The notes under the pieces were generated by a model, which was given only the letters and a program-made list of their open reading frames with translations, ran no database searches and had not been told where the DNA came from. The translations under genes were made by a program, and so were the position numbers. DNA of 64,000 nt from Synechococcus sp. (GTDB lineage Bacteria > Cyanobacteriota > Cyanobacteriia > PCC-6307 > Cyanobiaceae), in assembly GCA_047285535.1 (NCBI GenBank), contig JBJBDC010000001.1:928136-992135 (forward strand), in the 5' to 3' direction. Below, piece by piece: positions 50,156-61,074 of the stretch. Positions within the stretch are counted from its first letter, which is position 1. Every line of letters begins with the position of its first letter.

Positions 50156-50466
50156 CCACGCGGGCGACGCAAACGCCGTCCCATCAGGGCGAGACTGATG
50201 AAATGCTCTTGAAACAGGAGTGTGGGGGGCTCGAAAACAACTCTGCCCTCATTTAATTGTTCATTCACCACAACACCCATGGGCTCAAGTTGCTGGTCGC
50301 CGTCACTTAAAAAACGGAAATAGACCCGTCGAGCTAGTGCGATGAGACGACGACTATCAACTCTGTCCCAACGCGGTGTAGCGGTTGTGGATCCACGAGC
50401 ACCTGCAATCTCAAAGGAAGGAGAGGACAAAGAAAGGGACCCACCTGATCTTTCAGATGAGGCCAC
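50122..50466 (-). CDS. Hypothetical protein
   Basis: 114 aa filling the prk-pilD gap; 'LARRVY', 'GRVVFEPPTLL'. Confidence 0.6.
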   Translation of the reverse strand: MASSERSGGSLSLSSPSFEIAGARGSTTATPRWDRVDSRRLIALARRVYFRFLSDGDQQLEPMGVVVNEQLNEGRVVFEPPTLLFQEHFISLALMGRRLRRPRGWRERPRGGAN

Positions 50467-50512
50467 GATAGATCTGATTGCTCAAAGTGTTGACGATGAG
50501 AAATTAGGAAAG

Positions 50513-51406
50513 TTAGCTTTTCTCTTCAATCATGCGATGAATGATCGGCGTGAGGATGAGTTCCATCGCAAAGCCCATCTTTCCTCCGTTCACCACAATG
50601 CTGGTCGGACTGCTCATAAAGGAATCATGAATCATGCTTAACAAGTAGGTGAAATCAATGCCCCACTTCTCACGAGCTCCTTTACGGAAGTGAATGATGA
50701 CGAAACTTTCATCTGCCGTTGGGATATTGCGACAGATGAATGGATTGGACGTATCAACCGTTGGCACCCGCTGGAAGTTGATGTCAGTTTCGCTGAATTG
50801 AGGGCAAATATGATTGATGTAGTCCGGCATACGTCTGAGGATCGTATCCACGATCGCTTCTGCGGAGTACCCGCGCTCAGCATTATCACGTTGGATCTTT
50901 TGGATCCATTCCAGGTTGGTAATCGGAACAACACCAACAAGTAAATCAGCGTGGGCAGCGACGTTGTATCCGTCTCCGACGACTCCGCCGTGGAGGCCTT
51001 CATAAAACAACAAGTCAGTGCCACCAGGGATGTCTTCCCATGGAGTGAACTGACCTGGATCCAAGCTCACCCCGAGGCGAGCGTTGTGTTCAGCAGCCTC
51101 TTCTGGACTATGAAGGTAATAACGCTTCTGACCTCTTCCAGTTTCGCCGTACAGCCGGAAAAGCTCTTCAAGTTTGTCGAAGAGATTGGCTTCAGGACCG
51201 AAATGGGAGAAATTTTCACCCTTCGCAAGCGCTTCAGACATAGCTGTCTTCATCGCCATCCGCTCAAAGCGGTGGTAACTGTCACCCTCCACCACTGCGG
51301 GAGTGATGTTCTCCCGAGCGAAGATGTGCTCAAAAGCCCTCTTAACAGTGCTTGTTCCGGCACCTGAGGAACCCGTAACAGCCACGACGGGGTGACGCTT
51401 CGACAT
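50513..51406 (-). CDS. prk: Phosphoribulokinase, proteobacterial (CbbP) type
   Basis: 'AVTGSSGAGTS', 'YEGLHG', 'NLEWIQK', 'FQRVPTVDTSNPF'. Confidence 0.96.
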   Translation of the reverse strand: MSKRHPVVAVTGSSGAGTSTVKRAFEHIFARENITPAVVEGDSYHRFERMAMKTAMSEALAKGENFSHFGPEANLFDKLEELFRLYGETGRGQKRYYLHSPEEAAEHNARLGVSLDPGQFTPWEDIPGGTDLLFYEGLHGGVVGDGYNVAAHADLLVGVVPITNLEWIQKIQRDNAERGYSAEAIVDTILRRMPDYINHICPQFSETDINFQRVPTVDTSNPFICRNIPTADESFVIIHFRKGAREKWGIDFTYLLSMIHDSFMSSPTSIVVNGGKMGFAMELILTPIIHRMIEEKS

Positions 51407-51480
51407 CGACGGAGGAAGATCTGGCCCGATGAGTTTGGCAGGTCAAAGGGCGAAATCCACATTTTTCCTTTCATGTCGCA

Positions 51481-52554
51481 TCAGAGTGTCTTAAGAAGCT
51501 CCTCCCCCATCGCCTGGCAGCCAAGGTAAGTACAGCCTTCAGCCATCAGATCACCAGTGCGGAAACCGGCTGCCAAAACGCGATCAACGGCTTGTTCGAG
51601 ATCGTCTGCAGCGGCGCTTTGTTTGAGACCAGTGCGCAGCATCATGGCGGCGGAAAGCACCATTGCCATTGGATTGGCTTTGTCCTGACCTGCAATATCA
51701 GGGGCTGAACCATGAACTGGCTCATACAGACCTGGACCCTGACTCCCCAGCGAGGCCGAAGGCAGCATCCCGATCGAACCAGTGAGCATGGCGGAAATAT
51801 CGCTGAGAATGTCTCCGAAAAGATTGCCGGTCAGCACCACATCAAACTGACGGGGATCTCTCACCAGTTGCATGGCCGCATTGTCCACATAGAGATGACT
51901 GACATCCACATCGGAATAACCACCTTTCATTCCCTCCACCCGATCACGCCAAAGCTGGCTGACATCAAGCACATTGGCCTTATCCACGGAGCAGAGCTTG
52001 CCGCGGCGTTCGCAAGCGAGCTTGAAGGCCACATGAGCAATCCTGTCGATTTCGGAATCCGAGTAAGTCATGGTGTTGAACGCACGTTCTTCCCCATCAG
52101 CGTTGACTCGACCTTTTGGCTTTCCGAAATAAATCCCGCCAGTGAGCTCTCTCACCACCATTAGATCCACCCCCTCAATGACTTCGGGCCGCAGGCTGCT
52201 GGCAGCAATCAAGGCAGGAACAATTTTGACTGGACGAAGATTGGCGAACAGCTCTAGGCCCGAGCGAAGGGCCAATAATCCACTTTCGGGCCTTTGTTCT
52301 CGAGGCAAGGCGTCAAAGCGAGGACTACCAATGGCTGCAAGCAGTACGGCATCGGCTCCTTTACAGGCCTCAAGGGTGCTTTCAGGCAAGGGATCACCTG
52401 TGGCATCAACGGCAGAACCACCGATGAGCGCTTCACTAAATTCAAGCTTGAAGCCGTGTTTATGCGATACAGCTTCAAGCAGTTGTTTGGCCACAGCAGT
52501 GATCTCTGGACCAATGCCATCACCCGGAAGCAAAACGACGGAATGCTTTGGCAT
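51481..52554 (-). CDS. leuB: 3-isopropylmalate dehydrogenase
   Basis: 'GDGIGPEI', '[10 protein letters not shown]', 'NLFGDILSD', '[10 protein letters not shown]'. Confidence 0.97.
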   Translation of the reverse strand: MPKHSVVLLPGDGIGPEITAVAKQLLEAVSHKHGFKLEFSEALIGGSAVDATGDPLPESTLEACKGADAVLLAAIGSPRFDALPREQRPESGLLALRSGLELFANLRPVKIVPALIAASSLRPEVIEGVDLMVVRELTGGIYFGKPKGRVNADGEERAFNTMTYSDSEIDRIAHVAFKLACERRGKLCSVDKANVLDVSQLWRDRVEGMKGGYSDVDVSHLYVDNAAMQLVRDPRQFDVVLTGNLFGDILSDISAMLTGSIGMLPSASLGSQGPGLYEPVHGSAPDIAGQDKANPMAMVLSAAMMLRTGLKQSAAADDLEQAVDRVLAAGFRTGDLMAEGCTYLGCQAMGEELLKTL

Positions 52555-52585
52555 TGACTGGGCTTAAGGGGAGTAACAAGGAAGG

Positions 52586-53626
52586 TTACTGAGCCACTTT
52601 CTTCAGTTCACGTAACTGCTTGGCCATCTCTGGCAATTTGCTGAAAACAGCTGAACAACGCAGCCAAAGCTTGTTGGGAATCGCCGGGTAGCCACTCACC
52701 ACTTCACCAGGCTCCACCTCCCCGTGAATTCCACTCTTCGAGCTCGCGATCGCACGATCACCAATCACGGCTCGGTTCGCCACACCAACCTGTCCCGCCA
52801 AAATCACACCATGGCCGAGGCGAGCTCCGCCCGCAATCCCAACCTGTGCGGCCAGGGCACAACCGCGACCGGTGACGACGCCGTGACCAATCTGAACGAG
52901 GTTGTCGATCTTTGTTCCAGCACCGATGCGGGTTTCTCCAACGGACGGGCGATCAATCGTGCTGCCACAACCAACCTCAACCCCCTCCTCAAGCACCACC
53001 AGACCCGTTTGAGGCATTTTGCGCCAGCCTTTTGACGTTGGGACGAATCCGAATCCCTCTGAGCCAACGACTGCATTGGAATGAACCACACAGTGATTGG
53101 CAAGACGCACTCCGGGATGGAGCACTGCATTCGCATGCAGTTCACAGTTCTGACCAACCACAACATCTCCGTAAATCACGACCCCTGGATGAATTGTGCA
53201 GTGAGCCTTGATGCGTGTGTCGTCTCCAATACAAACATGGGCACCGATCGAGACCCCAGAATCAATCTGAACCCTGTCGCCAATCACGGCAGAAGGATGA
53301 ATGATGGCATCTTGTCTAGGACGCGGATGGAGTTGGTCCAATGCTTCTGCAAACGCCAGACGAGGGTCACGCATCACGGCCCAAGCCAGACCACGTTGCT
53401 CTGCCAAGAGCTTGAGATCCTCCTGATCTGGAATTAAAACGGCGCCAGCATGGCTGCTTTTCAGGCTCTGTATTAATGCATTCCCCTTTTCGAGAAAACT
53501 GAGTTGCTCTGAATCTGCTTTCTCCAGGGATCCAGCACTGCGGAGATCTGGATCGCTGCCGAGCTGATGCTCCAGCAGCCCTGCCTCGCCGTCTTGAAGG
53601 GCGACGATTATCTGGCTGAAACGCAT
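52586..53626 (-). CDS. lpxD: UDP-3-O-acyl-glucosamine N-acyltransferase
   Basis: Hexapeptide repeats, 'GSEGFGF', '[10 protein letters not shown]'. Confidence 0.96.
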   Translation of the reverse strand: MRFSQIIVALQDGEAGLLEHQLGSDPDLRSAGSLEKADSEQLSFLEKGNALIQSLKSSHAGAVLIPDQEDLKLLAEQRGLAWAVMRDPRLAFAEALDQLHPRPRQDAIIHPSAVIGDRVQIDSGVSIGAHVCIGDDTRIKAHCTIHPGVVIYGDVVVGQNCELHANAVLHPGVRLANHCVVHSNAVVGSEGFGFVPTSKGWRKMPQTGLVVLEEGVEVGCGSTIDRPSVGETRIGAGTKIDNLVQIGHGVVTGRGCALAAQVGIAGGARLGHGVILAGQVGVANRAVIGDRAIASSKSGIHGEVEPGEVVSGYPAIPNKLWLRCSAVFSKLPEMAKQLRELKKVAQ

Positions 53627-54485
53627 GGGATCAATTCATTTGGCTGTAAACAGATGCCATTGCTGACGTTCAAAAGCTAATGGTTGACTCTTAGCGTGTC
53701 TTTTGAAAATTGTGAGATCGCGTAGGACTCTTCAGGCTAAACGGGGGAGACACCTGGAACACCGAACCATGCATGTCTCAGCCGGAATGTGAATAGGCAA
53801 GAAAGATTTACACTGGAAGCCAAGAAAGACTGGCTTAAACAACAATTCATTCTGTATCATTTTTACGATCTATACGAGTCTAAACAAATATGAATGCGAG
53901 CTCAGTGAACAGGACTTCAACATAAAATCCAAATCAATCTTTCCCGGTTCTTTGAACTTGGGAGCTCAGCAATCCAAAGCCAAAAGCGAGCCAGCTAAGT
54001 ACACTCTCATTATTCCTTTCACAATCGTGATTGTGAAAACAGAATGAGGATAAGTAGCAAGATCATGAAGGGATTCATTGAATTCCACACGTGGAGCATG
54101 CATGCCAAACACTCATCATTCATTGCGAGCTTGAAGCCAGCTCAGGACCTGCAACGAGGTAGCTAAGAAAAATATCTCAAGACAGCAAATACAAGATAAA
54201 ATAGATTGTTGACGGCGATTGCAACGAACTGAGGCCATCAACGAGGCCAAGCACACTGAGAGTCAAGAAAAAGCGCAGAGCATTCAATTTTCGAAAGGAA
54301 AATCATTGAGCCCATAACCACCGTCAATAAGACAACAATCCGATCAGTCCAACCCTAAAAAAACTGACGCAAGATGCACATATTACAAGCTCAACGATCA
54401 ACAGAAAAAGAAATATCTACACACACAAATACCACCCAATATGATTAAACTAAGCGACTTTTAGATGGCCAACTTCATCATGTAT

Positions 54486-54911
54486 CTAGACCTTCTGACG
54501 GCGGTATTCCCTATACTCTTTACCAGGTTTCAACAAAAGGAATAAAGCCCAAAACATTTGAGGAACTACCACCAAGATCAGGAAGGGCGTATGCTGTGGA
54601 GAGCCTGAAGCAGGGTAAGGGAGAAGGGATAACAACTCGAACACAACCAGCCACCAAAGATTTATTCCAATATCATTCATTCTTCTAATATCAATGGGGA
54701 TGAAAAGAACGAGCGCAGCAGCAGTAAACAAGCCACCTTGATCTTCAAACCAGGCAAGAGAATCAAGCTCTAGGCCCATCAAAGCACTAAAAATTATATT
54801 GACTGCCCCCACAGCAATGAGAATCAGTATCCTCTGTATAATTTTTCTCAAATAAGCATGCCTTCCTAGCTCGCCACGCCAGTCAAAGAATTGCGGAAGC
54901 CTATTCATCAA
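54486..54911 (-). CDS. DUF805-like membrane protein
   Basis: 'F.W.G.L.R..Y', 'IRRMNDIG...WW', 'LLKPG'. Confidence 0.75.
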   Translation of the reverse strand: MMNRLPQFFDWRGELGRHAYLRKIIQRILILIAVGAVNIIFSALMGLELDSLAWFEDQGGLFTAAALVLFIPIDIRRMNDIGINLWWLVVFELLSLLPYPASGSPQHTPFLILVVVPQMFWALFLLLKPGKEYREYRRQKV

Positions 54912-55437
54912 TCATTTTGGGTTGTCCTATAGCTTGACAAGGAAACTCAGTACTGACAACGCAAGAGCTTCAAAAACTTATTATCCAAAGCATTAATCCT
55001 GACTGAGATTCAACACTTAAGTTTCAGAAGCGCCTCATTTAAAGCCTCTTAATAGGCACTAAAAATCCTAAAACTGTCACAAACTTCTTTCCAAAGTTGC
55101 ATCAGAACTTGAGAATTATTTGTCCAATCATTGCGGTCATCCCCAATCCAGACAGGGTGAGTAATCCTGATACCATGCACCTGCACATTGATTGGCCAGA
55201 TGGCTATCGATTATCTTTAAACTTGTCTAGGTCTAACCAGACTAAACAACACCATCCCCCAGACAATCACCCATTCACCGATAACAATCACCACAAGAAT
55301 TCTTGCATTGCCTGAGTCACCACTTAGATCAATATGAATTCAAGTGAAGCACTTGAAATAATCACGACTAATCGGCCATTTATTTACTTTTTGCAGTAGA
55401 TTCAAAGAAGACATCTATCGGGACGAGGAGGTATGGA

Positions 55438-55851
55438 TTGTTAAAACCAATGTCTCTTGTTCAGATCGGTTGTTTTACAGGATTAATGGTGACAACTCCT
55501 ACTCCTAATGAAGCCGTTCACCTTGAAGGATTATTTCATATGGAGTGCCTCTCCTCTCCTAGATCAGGACCTGAATGGATTTTAATTCTAGATGATAATA
55601 CAAACCAAGTTTCACAACTATCAGTAAAATCAGGTAAAATCATCATATCTGATGCTCACTTTAATTTCAGAAGGGTCAAATGGATTATTGAGGAATCATG
55701 GCCAAAAATCCCTGAAAAAGTGAGGACAAAGTCAATCCTGAATCTCAATACACAAGTATTAACGAAGAGATCAATCAAAGGTTCGACGGCAACAGTCTAT
55801 TGGACAGGCGAATGTGCATTTATTGAAGCCCCAACATCCCAGAGTCCATGA
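55438..55851 (+). CDS. Hypothetical, probably exported beta-rich protein
   Basis: Strong SD GAGGAGGT 5 nt before TTG; Cys near each end of the mature part. Confidence 0.6.
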   Translation: MLKPMSLVQIGCFTGLMVTTPTPNEAVHLEGLFHMECLSSPRSGPEWILILDDNTNQVSQLSVKSGKIIISDAHFNFRRVKWIIEESWPKIPEKVRTKSILNLNTQVLTKRSIKGSTATVYWTGECAFIEAPTSQSP

Positions 55852-55866
55852 GACAAAAGATCTGAC

Positions 55867-55889
55867 TTGAAGATCTAGTAGATCTTCAA
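55867..55889. repeat. Perfect 23-bp palindrome
   Basis: TTGAAGATCTA-G-TAGATCTTCAA. Confidence 0.85.
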
Positions 55890-56890
55890 TATTGAAACTA
55901 GATATCAATAGATGAACACAACAGATGAATACTCGCAGGGCATGCGTTGCGAAGATGGTTGACCTTAATCAAGACTGCTATTTCAAGACATGTCTGTCTC
56001 ATCATTAATTACTCGTTTAACCTAACATCTTCCTGTGTTGCAGTCACACGCCTGATTCAATCTAATGTGACATACCATTATCATACAAGCTCACAGTTCA
56101 TCAGTTCAGAGCTGAACTGGATTGTCGACAGAACAAAAATCGGAGTCTATGAATTAGCTAGCTCTATCTAAGCCATTCAATTGAAGTCCATTTGATGATG
56201 TCCTCAATCACCGAGAATGAATCTTTGCTTATTAGCCATCACGAATCCAAATCAAAGTCAAACAGACCAATACAATGCATCCGGCCAACTTGATTCAAAG
56301 ACCAAGATTTTGCCCAGGTTTTCATAATTAAAAAGGTGAAAAATTGGAGATGCAAGACAGCCGAGAGCAAGCCTACGAAGTGATGATACTTTCAGAATAC
56401 CAAGGTTCTCCTATGGAGTCTTTTGCTGATTAATTCAACCCTTGTCAAGGGAAAGAACAAGACAACAGAAATCAATCTCCTTAAAATAAGCCCTAATAAA
56501 ATCTTATTACCCCGAAAAATACAAGTCTCAAACAAAAAATAATTTCGACTTCTCCTTACATCCCACGATAGTGACCATCTCTCCTCTATAGACTTGAATT
56601 GCTGATTGAACATCACTTGTACGACATGAATCCTAAACAAACTATTTCAGTCATCAACAGCAAATTAATCCAGTCGAGCAGTCGAGAAAACAAGTCATGA
56701 TGCTGTACAACTTACCACTTCCACGCGTTCAATCTCAAGCTTTTGCTATTAAAGACTCTCCCCATTCAACGCATGAATACTTGGTTTCACACCCCGCCAA
56801 GTGTCAGTGAGCTGGAGATAAGACTCATTGCATCTATTTATCTGGCGAAACAAGACAAATAGATGCATAGCCCGGGGAAAGCCAATGCAT

Positions 56891-57328
56891 TCAATAGCGG
56901 AAGCGTTTGACGATTACCCACTCTCCTCTCAGTCCTTCTTCATTCTTCCAAACCCCTTTGCTTACTGCTTGATTCTCATAACCTAAAACCTGCATTATAT
57001 TCAGAGCATGCTTGCACTCACGAGCAGCTACACTTATTTTTTTTGTTGGGTTTGAAGCAAAATAGCGTTTTCTTTTTTCAAACCATTCCTCCCAGTCTTG
57101 TGTTTCAATAGAGGGCTCAGGATCTGTTTTATTAAAACCCCAAAACTTTTCTTTCCAGGTCATCTCCTGCTCATAGTTGATTTCCTTGCCTTTACTTTGC
57201 CATTCATTACATTTTTCAAGTGCTTCAGCCTTTGACGAATACTTAGCCCAACAACCTGAAAGAGCCATGAGTAAGACAACACAGAGGAGAGGTTGGATCG
57301 TCTTCACAGATTGTAAGTTTCTTTGCAT
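56891..57328 (-). CDS. Putative lipoprotein
   Basis: Lipobox 'LSG|C' after a hydrophobic stretch; start uncertain (ATG 57328 chosen). Confidence 0.7.
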   Translation of the reverse strand: MQRNLQSVKTIQPLLCVVLLMALSGCWAKYSSKAEALEKCNEWQSKGKEINYEQEMTWKEKFWGFNKTDPEPSIETQDWEEWFEKRKRYFASNPTKKISVAARECKHALNIMQVLGYENQAVSKGVWKNEEGLRGEWVIVKRFRY

Positions 57329-58389
57329 GGACCCATTATTCAGCATTGAGTCCTTTTTCTCAATCATACACAACAATAGCAATCAAATTGAAGCTGCTAG
57401 CTAGCCAGTGACGCCTCTATGGCGTGGCAAGGAGTTTCAAAGGACTTGCAGGAGTCAATCAACCTAAACCATCTCATTACTCCTTGAGCTCTAATTGGAT
57501 GATCTTCAAAAGTTATGACTTACATTGATGCTATGGCCGCAATAGCAGTGGCATTTTTCTTCTCTTTAGTTTTCAGTGCCCCTCGTCGAGACATTCCTTT
57601 CATGGGATGTTTTGAGTTCTTAATATGGCATATGATCCAGCCAATAATCTTAGCAAGAATTCAAACCTGACGAAAAGGCAAAAAGATCTTTCAGTGGTAC
57701 TGGTTTGGATCGTGATACTTTCAATCTTGAGCAGCATCCTTGCCAATATCAACCACCCAAAGCACTATCCAGCGAACCATGAAAGATAGCCATAGGCGCC
57801 CCGAAAACAGCCTCTCAAGCTGCATTAGAGTGAGCACGGAGACGCTTAAAATCCATATTCATCCATGTCTTTTGCAAGACATCGCGTTAGTCGCAAGCCG
57901 CCAAAACTTGAATCATCTGATTCTATATAGATGCCAGCAGGTTTATATTCAAACTCCACGGATGCCAGGGATCAACAACTACTCACATGAATCTGTTCTG
58001 ACTAAAAATCGGATTCAGTGTTGTGAATGCACAAAAACCAAAAGAGAGAGGAAGCCAGAAAGGCTGCGATAACAGCTGTTCATCGCAAAGTCTTTTCTTG
58101 CCATACACGTGCTGGAATCCGTTAAACAGGTTGAAAATTCCGCAGGAGCTGTTCCAGGCTCTCAACGGTGTGATGTCTCCTCAAAGGATTGGAAGCAACG
58201 TTGGCAAAGCTTTTCATGTCGGTCTATGCATCTCTCATGCCTGGCCCTGGATTCTCAACGGAAATCAACGACTAATAAACTGAGTCTTAGCGACCAGACC
58301 ATTGCGCAAGTGATTGATTGAGTCTTGGCCCTGAAAGATTGCAGTGAATAACTTTGTGTTGAAGCAAGACTTCCCCAAAATTCATCCAT

Positions 58390-59505
58390 TCAAATGTCTG
58401 GAGAGAAGTGCGTAGGCATGCTGAGAACAAGCTCGTCACGATGAACAACAACAGGGGAGTTTCCTTCGCTCTCAGGCTGGTCTGGGCGATTCAAGAGGCT
58501 TCGAAGGGTCTCACTACTGAAGGAGCTCAGACCTCTAGCCACTTCCTGTTCCTCGGAATCAAGAATCAGGACAGGTTGATTGGCCTGGAACTCTCCTTTC
58601 AACTCAATGATTCCGACGAGGAGCAAGGAGGCTCCTTTGTTGCAAAGCGCTTTGCACGCCCCGGCATCAATCTGCAAACTCCCCTGAGTTTGAAACGCAT
58701 GAGCCAGCAAGCTTTTTCGAAGCCCGAGTGGATGGGGATGAGGATGAAAGACCGTTCCGCCACGTCCACCAGCCAACAGGTTTTCGATCGTGCCTTGATC
58801 ACGACCATCAGCCAAATGAACGGTGACACCGCTTGCAGTGGCGATACGAGCGGCTGCGAGTTTGGTTGTCATCCCACCGGTACCCCAACGGCCACCATCG
58901 CCTGCTGCCCGCTCTAAGGCCTGCAGTTCTCCTGGGTGATAGACATCTGAAATGGGTCGTGCCGAAGCATCACTGCGCGGATCAGCTGAATACAAGTGAT
59001 CAATATCGGTCAAAAGGATCAAATCATCAGCATCAATCGCTGCTGCCACTAATGCTGACAGTGTGTCGTTATCACCAAAACGCAACTCCGCAGAGGACAC
59101 TGTGTCATTTTCATTGACAACAGGTAAAACATTCCATTCAATCAATTGATGGAGAGTTGCCGAAGCATTGTGATAGCTACGACGGTCGGCCAAGTCAGAT
59201 CTTGTCAGGAGCACCTGGGCAACGGGGATGTCATGCACAGCCATCGCCTTTTCATACAGACCCATCAAGTGACCTTGACCGATCGCCGCTGCAGCTTGAA
59301 GAGCTTTCACCGATGAAGGTCTGCAATCTAAACCCAGTCGCTGGCATCCAAGTCCAACAGCCCCACTGGTCACTAAGACAAGACGATCACCCCGATGCAG
59401 ACACTTTGCGAGATTGAGGCTTAGGACTGAGATGGCATCAGCTGTGCTGCGACCTTCCGCAGCACGAAGCAAGCTGGTGCCAATCTTCACCACCCGTAGG
59501 CTCAT
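58390..59505 (-). CDS. proB: Glutamate 5-kinase
   Basis: 'VVKIGTS', 'NENDTV', 'FGDNDTLS', 'GTGGMTTKL', PUA domain; ATG 59505. Confidence 0.96.
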   Translation of the reverse strand: MSLRVVKIGTSLLRAAEGRSTADAISVLSLNLAKCLHRGDRLVLVTSGAVGLGCQRLGLDCRPSSVKALQAAAAIGQGHLMGLYEKAMAVHDIPVAQVLLTRSDLADRRSYHNASATLHQLIEWNVLPVVNENDTVSSAELRFGDNDTLSALVAAAIDADDLILLTDIDHLYSADPRSDASARPISDVYHPGELQALERAAGDGGRWGTGGMTTKLAAARIATASGVTVHLADGRDQGTIENLLAGGRGGTVFHPHPHPLGLRKSLLAHAFQTQGSLQIDAGACKALCNKGASLLLVGIIELKGEFQANQPVLILDSEEQEVARGLSSFSSETLRSLLNRPDQPESEGNSPVVVHRDELVLSMPTHFSPDI

Positions 59506-60014
59506 GCGTGACCTACTCCCAGCCATCGGGCCACTTGTCTCTCAAAGGATTGAACGCGATCGTGAGGGCAAGGGCTTCCATCTGCACGCAGAGGTCTGAC
59601 CAAAACGGTATACAGACCAAGTCGGTTTCCAACCAGAACATCCGTGAACAAACGGTCGCCGATCATCGCGATTTGTTGCGGTTGTACATCAAATGTCTCC
59701 ATCACACGACGGATGGCACCTCGACGGGGTTTTGCAGCAGAGCTCGTGAATCCGATCCCCAGTTGATCAGAAACGGCCCCAATCCGCTGGCGTGATGGAT
59801 TGTTGCTGATCAAATGGAGATGGGTGTGGCGCTGAGCTGATTGAACCCATTGACGCACCGCAGCAGGTAACTCAACATCGCGCCCTGGAAGAAGGGTGCG
59901 ATCAACATCCAGAAGCAATGCCCTGATGCCCCTACCCAGTAAGGGTTCCAGAGGAAGGTGGGGCAGGGTTAAACCTGGATCCCAATCTGGTCGAAGCCAG
60001 TCACGACGCATCAC
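59502..60014 (-). CDS. YqeG-family HAD IIIA phosphatase
   Basis: 'LDVDRTL', 'ISNN', 'AKP', 'IGDRLFTD'. Confidence 0.92.
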   Translation of the reverse strand: MMRRDWLRPDWDPGLTLPHLPLEPLLGRGIRALLLDVDRTLLPGRDVELPAAVRQWVQSAQRHTHLHLISNNPSRQRIGAVSDQLGIGFTSSAAKPRRGAIRRVMETFDVQPQQIAMIGDRLFTDVLVGNRLGLYTVLVRPLRADGSPCPHDRVQSFERQVARWLGVGHA

Positions 60015-60556
60015 TCGAACAGCTCACGCTCATCCAGCTCAGCTTCGATTCTGGGTTGTATTTGATCGAATTCCTGTCCTTCCACCAAGACTGCAACGCC
60101 ATCATCCATTCGAGCCACTACAAAGAAAGGATCAAGAGGAATGTAAAGCCCGTATTCCTGTTCTTGAACCAAAAAGCTCACTAGCAATTCATAGGTTTCG
60201 GACTCATCGTCTCCTGCATCTTCGTCATCAAGATCTTCAGGGTCAGGCTCATCAAGCTCTCCATTCACCGTGAGGGTCACAGCAGATCGAACAAGAGTGA
60301 GATCATGTTCCTGGAGAACAACGTCAGCGACCGAAAGGATCGGTTCATTACTGGTGATGCTGTCAATCAGCTGAGGCTCATCCCCGTCCTTCAACCGGAA
60401 CAAGCAGACGGGAGTATCAACTGGAGTTAACAACGCATAATCCTGACCGTCGAGCGGAATCAGCTGCTCAAGGAAACACAGAAGATCACGGCCTTCACTG
60501 TCTTTGACCAACAGGGTTGGTACGTCACCGCTGTTATTCGGTCCGCTGGAACTCAT
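60011..60556 (-). CDS. DUF3727-domain protein
   Basis: 'YALLTPVD', 'LVRSAVTLTV.G', 'YIPLDP'. Confidence 0.85.
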   Translation of the reverse strand: MSSSGPNNSGDVPTLLVKDSEGRDLLCFLEQLIPLDGQDYALLTPVDTPVCLFRLKDGDEPQLIDSITSNEPILSVADVVLQEHDLTLVRSAVTLTVNGELDEPDPEDLDDEDAGDDESETYELLVSFLVQEQEYGLYIPLDPFFVVARMDDGVAVLVEGQEFDQIQPRIEAELDERELFE

Positions 60557-60575
60557 CGTTCAGGAATCAGTCTCT

Positions 60576-61058
60576 TCAGGATCCTGCATCGCCGTCCGTC
60601 TCGCTAGGAGACTGGGTCGTGATATAGACCGGTTCGGGCTCTGGTCCATCAGCAAGCCATTGCTCAAGCAGTAGTGCTGCAGCAGCGCTGTCGAGCTTGC
60701 CGCTGCGATCCCCTGCCAACCCATGACGTTCTGCCGCGGCCCAACTGCTGCTGTGTTCATTCACGAAAGCCAATGGGAGGTTTAAAGCCAACGCCAATCG
60801 CTGGCCATAGCGCTGACAATGGACAGCTTGCTCGGTAAGTAGGCCATCTGCATCAAGGGGTAATCCCACCACTAGACCCTTTGCACGGCGAATCAAGCAG
60901 ACGTGTTCCAAATGCTTCAGATCCTGTTCAAAAGCACTTCGTGGAAGAGCAGGCAAGGGATTCACGGTGATACCTAGGCCATCACAACCCGCCAACCCGA
61001 TGCGCCTACGGCCCACATCAAGGCTCAACATCGAACGAGGACATGGTTTCTGCATCAT
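60576..61058 (-). CDS. ruvX: RuvX/YqgF pre-16S rRNA processing nuclease
   Basis: 'LDVGRRRIGLA', 'VVGLP', 'NEHSSS', 'DSAAAALLL'; start near 61055-61058. Confidence 0.92.
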   Translation of the reverse strand: MMQKPCPRSMLSLDVGRRRIGLAGCDGLGITVNPLPALPRSAFEQDLKHLEHVCLIRRAKGLVVGLPLDADGLLTEQAVHCQRYGQRLALALNLPLAFVNEHSSSWAAAERHGLAGDRSGKLDSAAAALLLEQWLADGPEPEPVYITTQSPSETDGDAGS

Positions 61059-61074
61059 TGCTTTGCTTTCAGCA

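Noticed and set aside
50513..51406. Proteobacterial-type phosphoribulokinase as a sign of recent transfer
   Set aside because: Normal for marine alpha-cyanobacteria; composition matches neighbouring core genes
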